A DNA stretch of 64,000 nt from a virus: the IMG/VR virus record IMGVR_UViG_3300037010_000793, positions 1 through 64,000 of that record. One strand, given 5' to 3'. A model generated the notes under the pieces. It saw only the letters and a program-made list of their open reading frames with translations, ran no database searches and had not been told where the DNA came from. The position numbers were made by a program, and so were the translations under genes. This document shows positions 29,323 to 38,582 of the stretch, one piece after another. The stretch's first letter is position 1. Each line of letters opens with the position of its first letter.

Positions 29323-29352
29323 ATTATAACACCAACACATGAAAATGTAAAC
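29323..29352 (-). promoter_or_regulatory. Early promoter
   Basis: GTTTACA-N17-TATAAT. Confidence 0.75.
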
Positions 29353-29368
29353 TGCTAAAATTAATAAT

Positions 29369-30013
29369 TTAATCAATATGTTTTAGAATCATTCTAAGAT
29401 GAGATTTATCGTCATTATAAGAATCAATTCGCTCATCAAGCCATTTACTTTCATGAGGCCCATGCTTAATTTTAACATCATGAAACGTTATAAGACAAGC
29501 TTTAGTATCAATGATGTCTACAGTTAGTGTAGCATCATAACTTAGTTTACTCCAAAGCTTACGTGCACCAAAGTATTGTTCAACATCAGAGATTAAGTTT
29601 AGTTTCTCACGGGTTACAAGTAATTCATAAAGCTTAGTTGAAATTCCTAACCCACGATACTCTTCAGCAACTCTAGCAAGATAAACAGCTTTATAGTTTT
29701 TACCGCAAATATGTTCATCACTGAGTTTAATTTCAGCAACCCTGGTGAACACGTATTCAGCATCAATAGTTTCCCAATAACCTACAATATAAACTCTGCC
29801 TGATTCGAGTTTGCGTAATTCTAACTTAGATACCATAGGCGATTTCTTAGTTAGAATCACGTCGCAGCAGTATTTCCATTGGATATTAGTTACTGTCTCA
29901 GCCGTGTATATACCAACTGTAAGATCTAACCCGAAATTACCATAACGAGCGATAGCTTGCTCTGTAAGCTCCTCACCATCAGCATCTTTTAGAAATTGTT
30001 TAAACGATTTCAT
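29369..30013 (-). CDS. GNAT-fold acetyltransferase with capsid-targeting-like N-terminus
   Basis: Motif A RVAEEYRGLGISTKLY; GARKLW; starts MKSFKQFLKD. Confidence 0.75.
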   Translation of the reverse strand: MKSFKQFLKDADGEELTEQAIARYGNFGLDLTVGIYTAETVTNIQWKYCCDVILTKKSPMVSKLELRKLESGRVYIVGYWETIDAEYVFTRVAEIKLSDEHICGKNYKAVYLARVAEEYRGLGISTKLYELLVTREKLNLISDVEQYFGARKLWSKLSYDATLTVDIIDTKACLITFHDVKIKHGPHESKWLDERIDSYNDDKSHLRMILKHID

Positions 30014-30081
30014 TTTTGATTACCTTTATGCTTTATACGGTCTATTATATACTAGCTAGTAGTAAAAGTACATAATTACAT

Positions 30082-30273
30082 TTAATATTTTTCATCGCTC
30101 AATCCATCTAATACAACTTTTGCTAACTCTATTGTATCATCAATACCTGATAATGTTAAAGCACAATCAATAGGATTACTAACCACTTTACTCACTGTTG
30201 AATCAGCAACCTTTAAAACGTTTGTTGGTAGTTCAATAACAGTGTCAACAATTGAATTAATTAATCCGAACAT
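30082..30273 (-). CDS. Small hypothetical protein
   Basis: SD AAGGA. Confidence 0.55.
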   Translation of the reverse strand: MFGLINSIVDTVIELPTNVLKVADSTVSKVVSNPIDCALTLSGIDDTIELAKVVLDGLSDEKY

Positions 30274-30287
30274 ATCTTTTCCTTATT

Positions 30288-30308
30288 AAAAAGGAGACCG
30301 AAGTCTCC
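30288..30308 (-). terminator. T4-style UUCG terminator
   Basis: GGAGAC-TTCG-GTCTCC-TTTTT on the minus strand. Confidence 0.88.
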
Positions 30309-30314
30309 ATTAAA

Positions 30315-30989
30315 TTACATATAGAACTGAACTACTTGATTAGGGTCTTTAACATCGCCTTTACCAACTGGGATAAACTCAAAACCTGCAGCACCAAATA
30401 CAATATCACCAATATGTACACAGGTCTTACCGCTATGGTCTGTTGTTAGGTTAAAATGAGCCAGCTCTTCATCAGTATCGTCATTCACAACTTTAACATA
30501 CGCATTTTTAATCATACCTAAATGATGTTGACGTTCCATTGCCTTATGAACAAAGCAATAAACTGCTACTGTCTTATCACCTGGTTGACGCTTATCATAG
30601 TCAACAATACCGAATTCGTCTTCACCAGTACCATCATCTTCACCAGTTTGATTATCTTTTGGAATTGCAATAGTAGAAGAGCGTAGAAGTTCTTCTTTCT
30701 GTTCTTCAGTCATCGCTTTTAAATCTGCTTTTGTTACTGACTTTGGATAGTATTGATTGTTAAAAAATACTACTTTATTAGGTGCAATGACTTTACCTGC
30801 GTTATTGAGCACGAACATGAATAAGTCTAAATCAAAACCTTTTGTCTTATCTGCTGAAAATACTGGATGCATCTCCCAGTTAGTGATTAAACGTAAACGA
30901 GTTAGAGCTGGAAACTCTTTAGCCAAGTCTAATACAAAACCAACTTCATGTTGCTTTTCTAAATCTAGCATAAAAATTCCTTGTGACAT
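30315..30989 (-). CDS. terD: TerD-family stress protein
   Basis: FDLDL, VFFNN, DNQTGEDDGTGEDE, NAYVKVVN, FEFIPVG. Confidence 0.85.
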   Translation of the reverse strand: MSQGIFMLDLEKQHEVGFVLDLAKEFPALTRLRLITNWEMHPVFSADKTKGFDLDLFMFVLNNAGKVIAPNKVVFFNNQYYPKSVTKADLKAMTEEQKEELLRSSTIAIPKDNQTGEDDGTGEDEFGIVDYDKRQPGDKTVAVYCFVHKAMERQHHLGMIKNAYVKVVNDDTDEELAHFNLTTDHSGKTCVHIGDIVFGAAGFEFIPVGKGDVKDPNQVVQFYM

Positions 30990-31075
30990 GTTAATTGTTC
31001 CTTAAATTGTTAAAACTTTATTGAATATCTTGTAATGTTAATTAATACAGAATAAACACTTATTTCATTTGATTA

Positions 31076-32107
31076 TCAATTAGTAGATTCTTCTTGACGA
31101 TTGTCGAACGCTGAGTGAATAACACTAGCAATAATAATACTAACAGAAGTCAATGCGATCATATAGTCAGGGATTTCTAAGAACGGTTCCATCATAATCG
31201 ATGCCGATAGGAATCCAATAGACCAGAATGCGCCAGTTTCAAGGTATTGATACGTTTTGAGTGTACCAGTTGCATCTAACATAACTGTCATAGATCGAAC
31301 AAACATTGCGCCAATACCTAATCCAGCAGCAATAACGAATACGTTAGACGAGATAGCGAAGGAAGCTAATACACCATCAGCAGAGAATGCGGAATCTAAG
31401 ATTTCAATATAGATGAATGTTCCAAGACCTGCTTTTGCTACAGTTCCAGCCGTATTTGCAGTTGCTTCATCAGTTGCACCTTCTAACAAGTGCTTAATAA
31501 TCTCAATAACGACAAAGGCAATCATACCAGCTAATGCCGCCATAAAGAATTCATGCCCACCATGTTCCATATTCAGCGATACTAAGTATGATAATGAGCC
31601 GACAATCATAGCTTGTACCATATCAAGTGATCCAATAGCAGCTAATGGTTTTTCGATTGGTACAAGCCAGAACTCATCACGTTCTTTATCCATGAAGAAG
31701 CTCAAGAACACCATTGATAAGAACGCGCCACCAAAACCAGCTACCATAGAATGCGAACTAATTAATGTATGTTCAAACTGGGTAGGGTTTGTTAACGCCC
31801 AATCAAGAGCAGTTGACATCGATACATCACCGACAATTGATACAATTCCAATAGGAAACAGTACTCGCATACCGATTACTGCAATAAAGATACCAACGTA
31901 TAAGAACATTTTCTTCCAGAAGATGCTCATTTTACTTAGCTGTGCTGCGTTAACCACCGCGTTGTCAAACGAAAGGGCAATTTCAATAACCGCCAATGTT
32001 AACACCGTGCCTAATAAAAGCAGGCTGCCTGTCTCAATATACACTGCGCTAAGCGCTACAATTGCAAAGATAATTGATCCGCTAAAATACTTAATTAAAG
32101 TATTCAT
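31076..32107 (-). CDS. DUF475 / TerC-like membrane protein
   Basis: EIALSFDNAVVNA, GMRVLFP, EILDSAFSADGV, GLGIGAMFVRS, YLETGA. Confidence 0.9.
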   Translation of the reverse strand: MNTLIKYFSGSIIFAIVALSAVYIETGSLLLLGTVLTLAVIEIALSFDNAVVNAAQLSKMSIFWKKMFLYVGIFIAVIGMRVLFPIGIVSIVGDVSMSTALDWALTNPTQFEHTLISSHSMVAGFGGAFLSMVFLSFFMDKERDEFWLVPIEKPLAAIGSLDMVQAMIVGSLSYLVSLNMEHGGHEFFMAALAGMIAFVVIEIIKHLLEGATDEATANTAGTVAKAGLGTFIYIEILDSAFSADGVLASFAISSNVFVIAAGLGIGAMFVRSMTVMLDATGTLKTYQYLETGAFWSIGFLSASIMMEPFLEIPDYMIALTSVSIIIASVIHSAFDNRQEESTN

Positions 32108-32307
32108 TTTTATTTCCTATTTGTTTAAATGTTTATGAAAGAATTACTTTTACATCTTCGTGAGAATAAAGTTAGGTGTAAATTAAGTCATGATAGATTT
32201 TGTCAATGTTATGTTCATTACCGTCATTTAATGACTTAATCTTCATTTCCTTCATGCTCGCTAAATATATAATACACTATATCCTAACTAGCTTAGAATG
32301 TAAACAG

Positions 32308-32994
32308 TTATTTCTTTGTCCAAGTCAAAAACTTAGAAGAAGCTAAATCATCGTAGAATGTATCAGGTAAAACGTTCATTGGGTTTTTGTAGTGAATAAA
32401 ACCAACGTTGCTATACTCATCAGCTAAACCGTTTAAGAAACGGGTATTAACATCGTTACCGATACCAATAAATTGCACAAACGTGTCTTTATTAGCACGT
32501 GTTAAGAACTCATTAACAATAAGTTGATCATGTTGAGGCGTATCACCGTCTGTGATAATGACTAATAGCGCTCCAGTGCTAACAGATACTTCCTTCTTAC
32601 CGAATAAACTTCCAAATAATGATTTCTTCGGTTTAGCTAAACCATACATATTTTCAAAGATTGGATAGAATAGCGTGCCACCATCAGCTAAATTACCATA
32701 TTGTTTCATATATTTGCCAAAATCTTTTGATGTTGCACTCGACGCTTCTTTAAATGAAGTATTGAAGAAACCAACATCAATAGAGCCGTTATCATCAAAC
32801 TTCATACCAGACACGATCATCATATCTACGATATATTCAACGAAACCAGATGAAAATTCGTCACGCATTGATCCTGATCGATCGATTGCAATGCGAACTT
32901 CTAATTTTGGTAATTGAGAAAGATCAAATCCGCTTTTTTCTAAGCTAAGTGAAAACGTCTCTTCAGTTTTACCGAGATCCAGTGTGAATGACAT
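32308..32994 (-). CDS. Ter-associated vWA domain protein
   Basis: MIDAS DRSGSM, FDDNG, GGT, IITDG, FVQFIGIG. Confidence 0.85.
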   Translation of the reverse strand: MSFTLDLGKTEETFSLSLEKSGFDLSQLPKLEVRIAIDRSGSMRDEFSSGFVEYIVDMMIVSGMKFDDNGSIDVGFFNTSFKEASSATSKDFGKYMKQYGNLADGGTLFYPIFENMYGLAKPKKSLFGSLFGKKEVSVSTGALLVIITDGDTPQHDQLIVNEFLTRANKDTFVQFIGIGNDVNTRFLNGLADEYSNVGFIHYKNPMNVLPDTFYDDLASSKFLTWTKK

Positions 32995-33015
32995 ATTTGT
33001 GTTCCTTTTAATAAG

Positions 33016-34188
33016 TTAAAGTGTTAAACCCGTTGCAGTAGAGCGTGCACCTGTTGCAGTTGATTTATTTTGTAATTGGTTCAAGTATTCAATTTGTGAC
33101 GATTGCATCATAATAGCATCCTGTTCACGTTGCAATTTTGCATTAGCTTCAGTTGTCTGAACACCTGAAATAGTATCAAGCATTGCGCTTCGAATGTGAC
33201 TAAGCGTATCGTTGCTGATGACACTAGTATTCAAGCTGGCAGCTGCAGTTAGCGCGCTGTTTTTCGCATTCGTAGCTCCTGTTTGAATTGTCTGATTAAT
33301 AATATCTTTAACGCTGTTATTGAACATATTAGACTCATCAGAATCTAAAGAGTGCATATACATAACAAATTGCAATTTCAAATCGGGAATAACTGCAATT
33401 ACTTCGCGCATAGCCGAAACAGTAGCGAGTGATGTCTGCTGCTTAGAACGAATCAGAGGAGCGTTATTCTCAGTAACAATTTTACGTCGTTCTAAGTTGT
33501 CAAGTTTAATCTCGATGCTATTCAACCTGACTTCCATATCACGCAGGTATTGTGCTTTAATCATAGACTGCGGATCTGCTGGATCGATCGGCGGAATATT
33601 AGCAATAAAATCAATTTGGTATTGCTTCCATTCTTTTACTTTTTCGATTAGCTCATGAATATACAGATGATTCGCATAATTTTCTTTATACAGATTCTCT
33701 AAATCCTGAATCCAGATATTATGTTTTGTCATATGTGTTTGAATATCGCTAGCAACACCGTCAAAAACAGTATCAGCGTCTTTCAATCGCTTAGTTAGCT
33801 CGGTTTTAACATCAACAACAGTTCTATTAAACCAGTTGATAATTTTACCTAATCCCTTTGGTTGTAAATCATTTGCAATATTAGCAGGATCTAACCGACC
33901 ATGTACTGCACTCATGCGAGACATAATTTCACCAAGCTCATTAAATTTCTGCATTGATACAGCTGAGATAATCTTCTCAGTTGTCGCAGATACGCGAGAA
34001 TTTGCGTCTGCTCCTAAGCTTTCAATATCTTGCTCTGTAATAAGCTCGCTTTGAATCAGAGGAGTGTGATCTTTAGCAACAATAACTTTTGTTAAATTAT
34101 TTGTTGCAGCGCTTACTGTCAGACTAGGCTTATCATGAGTTGCGATAACAACCTCGTTTGAAGATAACCAGTCAAATTCATCAGCCAT
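33016..34188 (-). CDS. TelA-like toxic anion resistance protein
   Basis: Coiled-coil; PKGLGKIINWF, LENLYKEN, APLIR; Ter-cluster context. Confidence 0.75.
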   Translation of the reverse strand: MADEFDWLSSNEVVIATHDKPSLTVSAATNNLTKVIVAKDHTPLIQSELITEQDIESLGADANSRVSATTEKIISAVSMQKFNELGEIMSRMSAVHGRLDPANIANDLQPKGLGKIINWFNRTVVDVKTELTKRLKDADTVFDGVASDIQTHMTKHNIWIQDLENLYKENYANHLYIHELIEKVKEWKQYQIDFIANIPPIDPADPQSMIKAQYLRDMEVRLNSIEIKLDNLERRKIVTENNAPLIRSKQQTSLATVSAMREVIAVIPDLKLQFVMYMHSLDSDESNMFNNSVKDIINQTIQTGATNAKNSALTAAASLNTSVISNDTLSHIRSAMLDTISGVQTTEANAKLQREQDAIMMQSSQIEYLNQLQNKSTATGARSTATGLTL

Positions 34189-34210
34189 GATACTATTTCC
34201 TTTTATTAAA

Positions 34211-34606
34211 TTAAAACCAGTCTAGATCGACTGCTCCCAGTGTATAACCTACAAAATTTGGGTGATTAATCATTTGACCAAATGCACCAGCATATTGAAC
34301 AATTTCACCGTTTACTAGCTCATACATAACAATATTGTCAGCGTACAATAAACTAGAAATACGTCCAGGTGTTTCATCGTCATGTAATCTAACTAATTGT
34401 GATGGTAACCACAATCGAAACTGTGCATCTGACATCCAATTTGGTTCAAGATCAATATACCGCATTAAGCCAACAGGTCTACGTCTTTCTATCTTGAATC
34501 CATTTTCATAAGCCAATATTAAATTCATGTTGCCATGTATACTTTTCATCGGATTAATTACTTTTGAATTGTCGAATACAATAGCAAACTTTTCGCTTTC
34601 AGTCAT
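34211..34606 (-). CDS. Hypothetical protein
   Basis: SD AGGTG; early promoter upstream. Confidence 0.6.
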   Translation of the reverse strand: MTESEKFAIVFDNSKVINPMKSIHGNMNLILAYENGFKIERRRPVGLMRYIDLEPNWMSDAQFRLWLPSQLVRLHDDETPGRISSLLYADNIVMYELVNGEIVQYAGAFGQMINHPNFVGYTLGAVDLDWF

Positions 34607-34630
34607 ACATCACCTATTTCATTTTATTGT

Positions 34631-34662
34631 ATTATAACATAACCAGTATTAATAAGTAAACA
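34631..34662 (-). promoter_or_regulatory. Early promoter
   Basis: GTTTAC...TGTTATAAT. Confidence 0.75.
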
Positions 34663-34671
34663 AAAATGTTA

Positions 34672-35079
34672 TTACTTAATGACGTTTTGTAAATAAAATG
34701 GCTGAGTATATCCACGTGATGCAGTATTCCGGCCAAATCCTTCAGCATTTGTCATGTACTTGTCAAATCTAAACTTAGCATCATGTATCTGCAAACCAAT
34801 AACATCTGCGATAATCTCTAAACTACCAACAAAATGTGATAATTCAAACAATTGACAATTATCGGCATTATTTTTTAAATAATCAATTTGCTTCATCAAA
34901 TAAATCCAACTAATCTTGGTTTTTAGAGAATCATCCATATTATTAACTAAATCGCTTAGCTCTGTAATATATTGCACATACGCTAGCTTAATACCAGTAT
35001 CTGTGTCATTAGAATATCGATTTGTTTGCGACTCAGCTAACAAGCATGGTCCGCCTAAGAAGTTTATACTTTTACACAT
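34672..35079 (-). CDS. Hypothetical protein
   Basis: Overlaps the frd stop codon. Confidence 0.55.
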   Translation of the reverse strand: MCKSINFLGGPCLLAESQTNRYSNDTDTGIKLAYVQYITELSDLVNNMDDSLKTKISWIYLMKQIDYLKNNADNCQLFELSHFVGSLEIIADVIGLQIHDAKFRFDKYMTNAEGFGRNTASRGYTQPFYLQNVIK

Positions 35080-35707
35080 TTAACACACCTAATTGATAAG
35101 CGTACGATGGAGATTTCTGAGAAAAGAATTCAAATGGCTTCACTGTTTGCGTTTGTGTATCCATGCAGATGAAGTCATTTGTGCTGACTTTGCGGGAAAA
35201 CTTGTAAATCACCCCGTCAAGCACAGAACCGTTAGACTCTTCCTCACTAATTAAACATAATGTTTCGCGATTAAACTCACGAAACAATGTTGCTATAAAC
35301 TCAATTGATAGTTTAACATTGCCATTATCACAATACGAATCGAAACGTGTTAAGTATACATTTTTAGCGTAATGGATACCATCTTCAAACATGTACTTAC
35401 CGCCAATAATGTATACAGTTTCAAATATATCATGAGCTTTAACAACCATTAGCGCTTCTTTGATGCTACGGTATACTTCGTGGCCTCTAACGTCTTCGCG
35501 TTTTGCTGTAGAACTGATAATAATCATTCGACGATTATGTAGATCATTTGGTAAAGATTTAAAGGTATTCAAACCCATTAACACAGTTTTACCATTGGTC
35601 ATATTCTTAAAATGATTCAAATCAATACGTGACTTAACGCATAAATCATTTGAACCAGTGCCGATATACCCATCATTATCAACGGATAATATTAAATTCA
35701 CTTGCAT
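35072..35707 (-). CDS. frd: Dihydrofolate reductase
   Basis: DLNHFKNMT, VLMGLNTFKSLP..LHNR, YIIGG, YLTR. Confidence 0.92.
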   Translation of the reverse strand: MQVNLILSVDNDGYIGTGSNDLCVKSRIDLNHFKNMTNGKTVLMGLNTFKSLPNDLHNRRMIIISSTAKREDVRGHEVYRSIKEALMVVKAHDIFETVYIIGGKYMFEDGIHYAKNVYLTRFDSYCDNGNVKLSIEFIATLFREFNRETLCLISEEESNGSVLDGVIYKFSRKVSTNDFICMDTQTQTVKPFEFFSQKSPSYAYQLGVLNV

Positions 35708-35716
35708 GGTAATCTC

Positions 35717-36616
35717 CTAAACTGCCATCTTAATGTTTTCAGCGCCTAAAGTAGGACCCTTAACACAATTTGAAACTACAATGTCTGACCACTGTGTAGA
35801 CAGCACATCTTGTAGAGTTTTTATCTCTTTATCTTCCTTAACATCGCATATAGGCTCGTTAAGATATGCAGCTGCACCGCGACAATGATAGTCTAATAAC
35901 TCATCGACAATTGGCTGCTGGTTTTCATAGTAGTGTGCATTTGCTACATTAAGACGAATATTGCCCATTTTATAACCAAGCGCTCGACTAAACAACAACA
36001 ACCAAAAGAAGCTAAAAGCTAAATTATAAGGCGCTCCGTACGGGTAGTCGTTTGATCTAGATGTAACATCCAAATTCAATACCCCGTTAATATACACAAA
36101 GTTATATGCATAAAAACAAGGTTCAAGAGCCATATCATTTTTATCGTTTGGATTCCAGATAGAAATTACATATCGGCGTGAGGTTGGATTATCGCGAAGA
36201 CCTTCAAACACTTCCTTTACTTGGTCAGTTACACCGCCAAATGATCTAAACTGGTAACCATAAGCTCGACCAATGTTATTTTCAGGTGTATCAAGCATTC
36301 CCCTTGAGTCAAGAAACTCTCTAGTTGAATTACCGTCCCAGATATGAATATTCTTTTCCTGAAGTTCAGTAACGTCAGTTGAACCTCGAAGCATCCACAT
36401 CAACTCTTCAAACGCAATACGTGGTGCAAATGAACGGCATTGAATAAACGGAGCATACTTATTTTGTGTATGAAAGCGAGTTGTAAGACCAAACATTTGC
36501 TTGCTTCTACCTACTGACGTTCTATCGCTTTGCCATTCGCCCATGGTGTTAATAACATGTAAATTCAATAAGTAGACATGTTCAACCACATTGTTGTTTG
36601 CGTAATATGCCAGCAT
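35717..36616 (-). CDS. td: Thymidylate synthase
   Basis: EELMWMLRG, IHIWD, GRAYGYQFR, SRR, MALEPC, RSND..G.PYN, NAHYYEN. Confidence 0.93.
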   Translation of the reverse strand: MLAYYANNNVVEHVYLLNLHVINTMGEWQSDRTSVGRSKQMFGLTTRFHTQNKYAPFIQCRSFAPRIAFEELMWMLRGSTDVTELQEKNIHIWDGNSTREFLDSRGMLDTPENNIGRAYGYQFRSFGGVTDQVKEVFEGLRDNPTSRRYVISIWNPNDKNDMALEPCFYAYNFVYINGVLNLDVTSRSNDYPYGAPYNLAFSFFWLLLFSRALGYKMGNIRLNVANAHYYENQQPIVDELLDYHCRGAAAYLNEPICDVKEDKEIKTLQDVLSTQWSDIVVSNCVKGPTLGAENIKMAV

Positions 36617-37470
36617 TATGAGCTCATTTCGTTATAACATAAAACATCATCATACATGCTAAGAGCTTCTATACCCTTAGAGTAGATACCATGCGTTGTC
36701 CATAGAATAGTGCGATCACCTGGTTTTAATTGATGTTTAAACGCGTCATGTAAAGCAATAAAAGTACCACCGCCATCGCAAATGTCATCAACAACCAAAA
36801 CAGTCTTTGCTAAATCACTTGAAAAATCAGGAACGATAATCGATTCAATCTTACCTGTTATATAATCACGTCGTTTAACAGCTTGAATTAATGTAACATC
36901 ATAATTGTGACTGACTAGAACATTTGCAATCTTCTCAGTTTTCTTAGATGCACCATTGTCTGGTGAAATTAGTACAACTCGTTTTTCAGTTAAGCTCAGT
37001 TTGTTATAATAAAACGAATGATCAAACGCTCGCTCTTGGCTTAGTACGTTTAGAACACCTACCTTAAACATTCCAGCTAGTACATCGCTATGAGGATCTG
37101 CTACTGTAATTGTTTTAAAACCAATGTTATTAATCAAATTAGCATACACTAATAAACCATAAGACTCGCCGCTAATTTCTGTTCGGTCTTGACGAGCAGC
37201 AGGGAAATAAGGCATATTAAGATGGATATCAACTTTGGGTTGCACTCGTTTAATAGCATCATAAATTAATGATAAACTTGTGATATCGTCAGACCCGCTG
37301 AATTTACAGTATACATCAACATAATCAAATAATTCAAACGATGGGTTTCCGCTTAACCAATTAGGCACAGTTACTTTAACCTGTAATTCACCTGCAGGGA
37401 ACTTAATTAGTTCAAATGGCATGGAATGTATAGTGGACCCTTCATACATAATATAGATTGCTTTAATCAT
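36616..37470 (-). CDS. Ribose-phosphate pyrophosphokinase-like protein (Prs / Adps)
   Basis: KFPAGE, MPYFPAARQDR, DPHSDV, SPDNGA, VVDDICDGGGTF, THGIYSKG. Confidence 0.92.
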   Translation of the reverse strand: MIKAIYIMYEGSTIHSMPFELIKFPAGELQVKVTVPNWLSGNPSFELFDYVDVYCKFSGSDDITSLSLIYDAIKRVQPKVDIHLNMPYFPAARQDRTEISGESYGLLVYANLINNIGFKTITVADPHSDVLAGMFKVGVLNVLSQERAFDHSFYYNKLSLTEKRVVLISPDNGASKKTEKIANVLVSHNYDVTLIQAVKRRDYITGKIESIIVPDFSSDLAKTVLVVDDICDGGGTFIALHDAFKHQLKPGDRTILWTTHGIYSKGIEALSMYDDVLCYNEMSS

Positions 37471-37526
37471 AACTTACCTTTATAAGCAACATGGTTTAAA
37501 AATTGAATTAACGAGGCATACTTGTT

Positions 37527-37715
37527 CTAATAATCAAAATAATGACTGATTTTAACACCGCGCTGAGGTTTTGTATTGCGCTTAACGTCATGTTCAGCGC
37601 CAGACTTTCGTTTAACATTTTTTAGTTTATGTCGAGCTCGGTCTTTAACGTCAGACGAATCGACAAAACGGTCAAAAGAGTCAAAGCTATCTGAATAATC
37701 TAATTGTGTTTCCAC
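37527..37715 (-). CDS. Small hypothetical early protein
   Basis: GTG start with AGGA; promoter upstream. Confidence 0.55.
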   Translation of the reverse strand: METQLDYSDSFDSFDRFVDSSDVKDRARHKLKNVKRKSGAEHDVKRNTKPQRGVKISHYFDY

Positions 37716-37759
37716 TTTATACTTCCTACGTTATGTTAATATAGATTTAATATAGATTT

Positions 37760-37789
37760 ATTATAATACATGTATGCTCATAAGTAAAC
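37760..37789 (-). promoter_or_regulatory. Early promoter
   Basis: GTTTAC...TATAAT. Confidence 0.75.
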
Positions 37790-37805
37790 ATATTTTGTAA
37801 CTGAA

Positions 37806-38570
37806 TTAAAATGGATCGGATTTATCTATCATATCAGCAATCCTTACACTAGTAACATCAACAATCTTACATGTTACCATCTCAACTGTGATGGTGTTAA
37901 TGGTTTCTGTTGAAATATCAACAATACTAATTTTACCAGTTCTATAAAATCCAGTGTCTAAGAATATTTGCTTGCCCATCTTTTTAGGCTCTTTGACAAT
38001 AGTATGACCAGTGAATAAGTAATCAATTCCTATAACATCAACTTCAATCTTAGCAGAATGAACCAAACGACCCCAAATAAAACCTTGTGCGCAGAATGTA
38101 TCTCTTGCGTCGTAAGCGCTGGTAATCTCATCCCAATATTCAATATTAGCAGGTAGCTCAGCGTGAACGATGCCATATTTGCGATTATTAAATTCAATAT
38201 CGATTGCGCTAGGTAATTCGTTGATGATTGATTGAAGGTGTCTAACAACTTTAACCTTGTGCGGTAATCCGCTGGTAAGCATGTCATATACCCACTTGTT
38301 ACCATTACCTACATTACCAAAGTATTCATTAAGGATCATCAGCTCGTGATTGCCAATCACTGTCTTAAACCAGGGGCATTTATATAAACTAATTGATAGG
38401 ACATTATCAGTTCCTCGATCGACAACATCACCTACACAGAATAGACGGTCTTTTTCATAATCAAATTTAATATGATCTAGCGCAGCTATCAGTTCCTCAT
38501 AGCAACCGTGAATATCACCACAAACATAATCTTTACCGTCTACATTTTCATAGTAAGATTCTAATTTCAT
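37806..38570 (-). CDS. Ser/Thr protein phosphatase (PphA/NinI-like metallophosphoesterase)
   Basis: GDIHG, VGDVVDRG, GNHE, VHA, GHT, LDTG. Confidence 0.93.
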   Translation of the reverse strand: MKLESYYENVDGKDYVCGDIHGCYEELIAALDHIKFDYEKDRLFCVGDVVDRGTDNVLSISLYKCPWFKTVIGNHELMILNEYFGNVGNGNKWVYDMLTSGLPHKVKVVRHLQSIINELPSAIDIEFNNRKYGIVHAELPANIEYWDEITSAYDARDTFCAQGFIWGRLVHSAKIEVDVIGIDYLFTGHTIVKEPKKMGKQIFLDTGFYRTGKISIVDISTETINTITVEMVTCKIVDVTSVRIADMIDKSDPF

Positions 38571-38582
38571 GTTAATCCTTAT

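Noticed and set aside
35717-36616. td as a dCMP/dUMP hydroxymethylase (modified-base pathway)
   Set aside because: Retains the dUMP-specifying Asn (PYN) and TS motifs and is adjacent to DHFR; only the PC-F in place of PC-H is unusual
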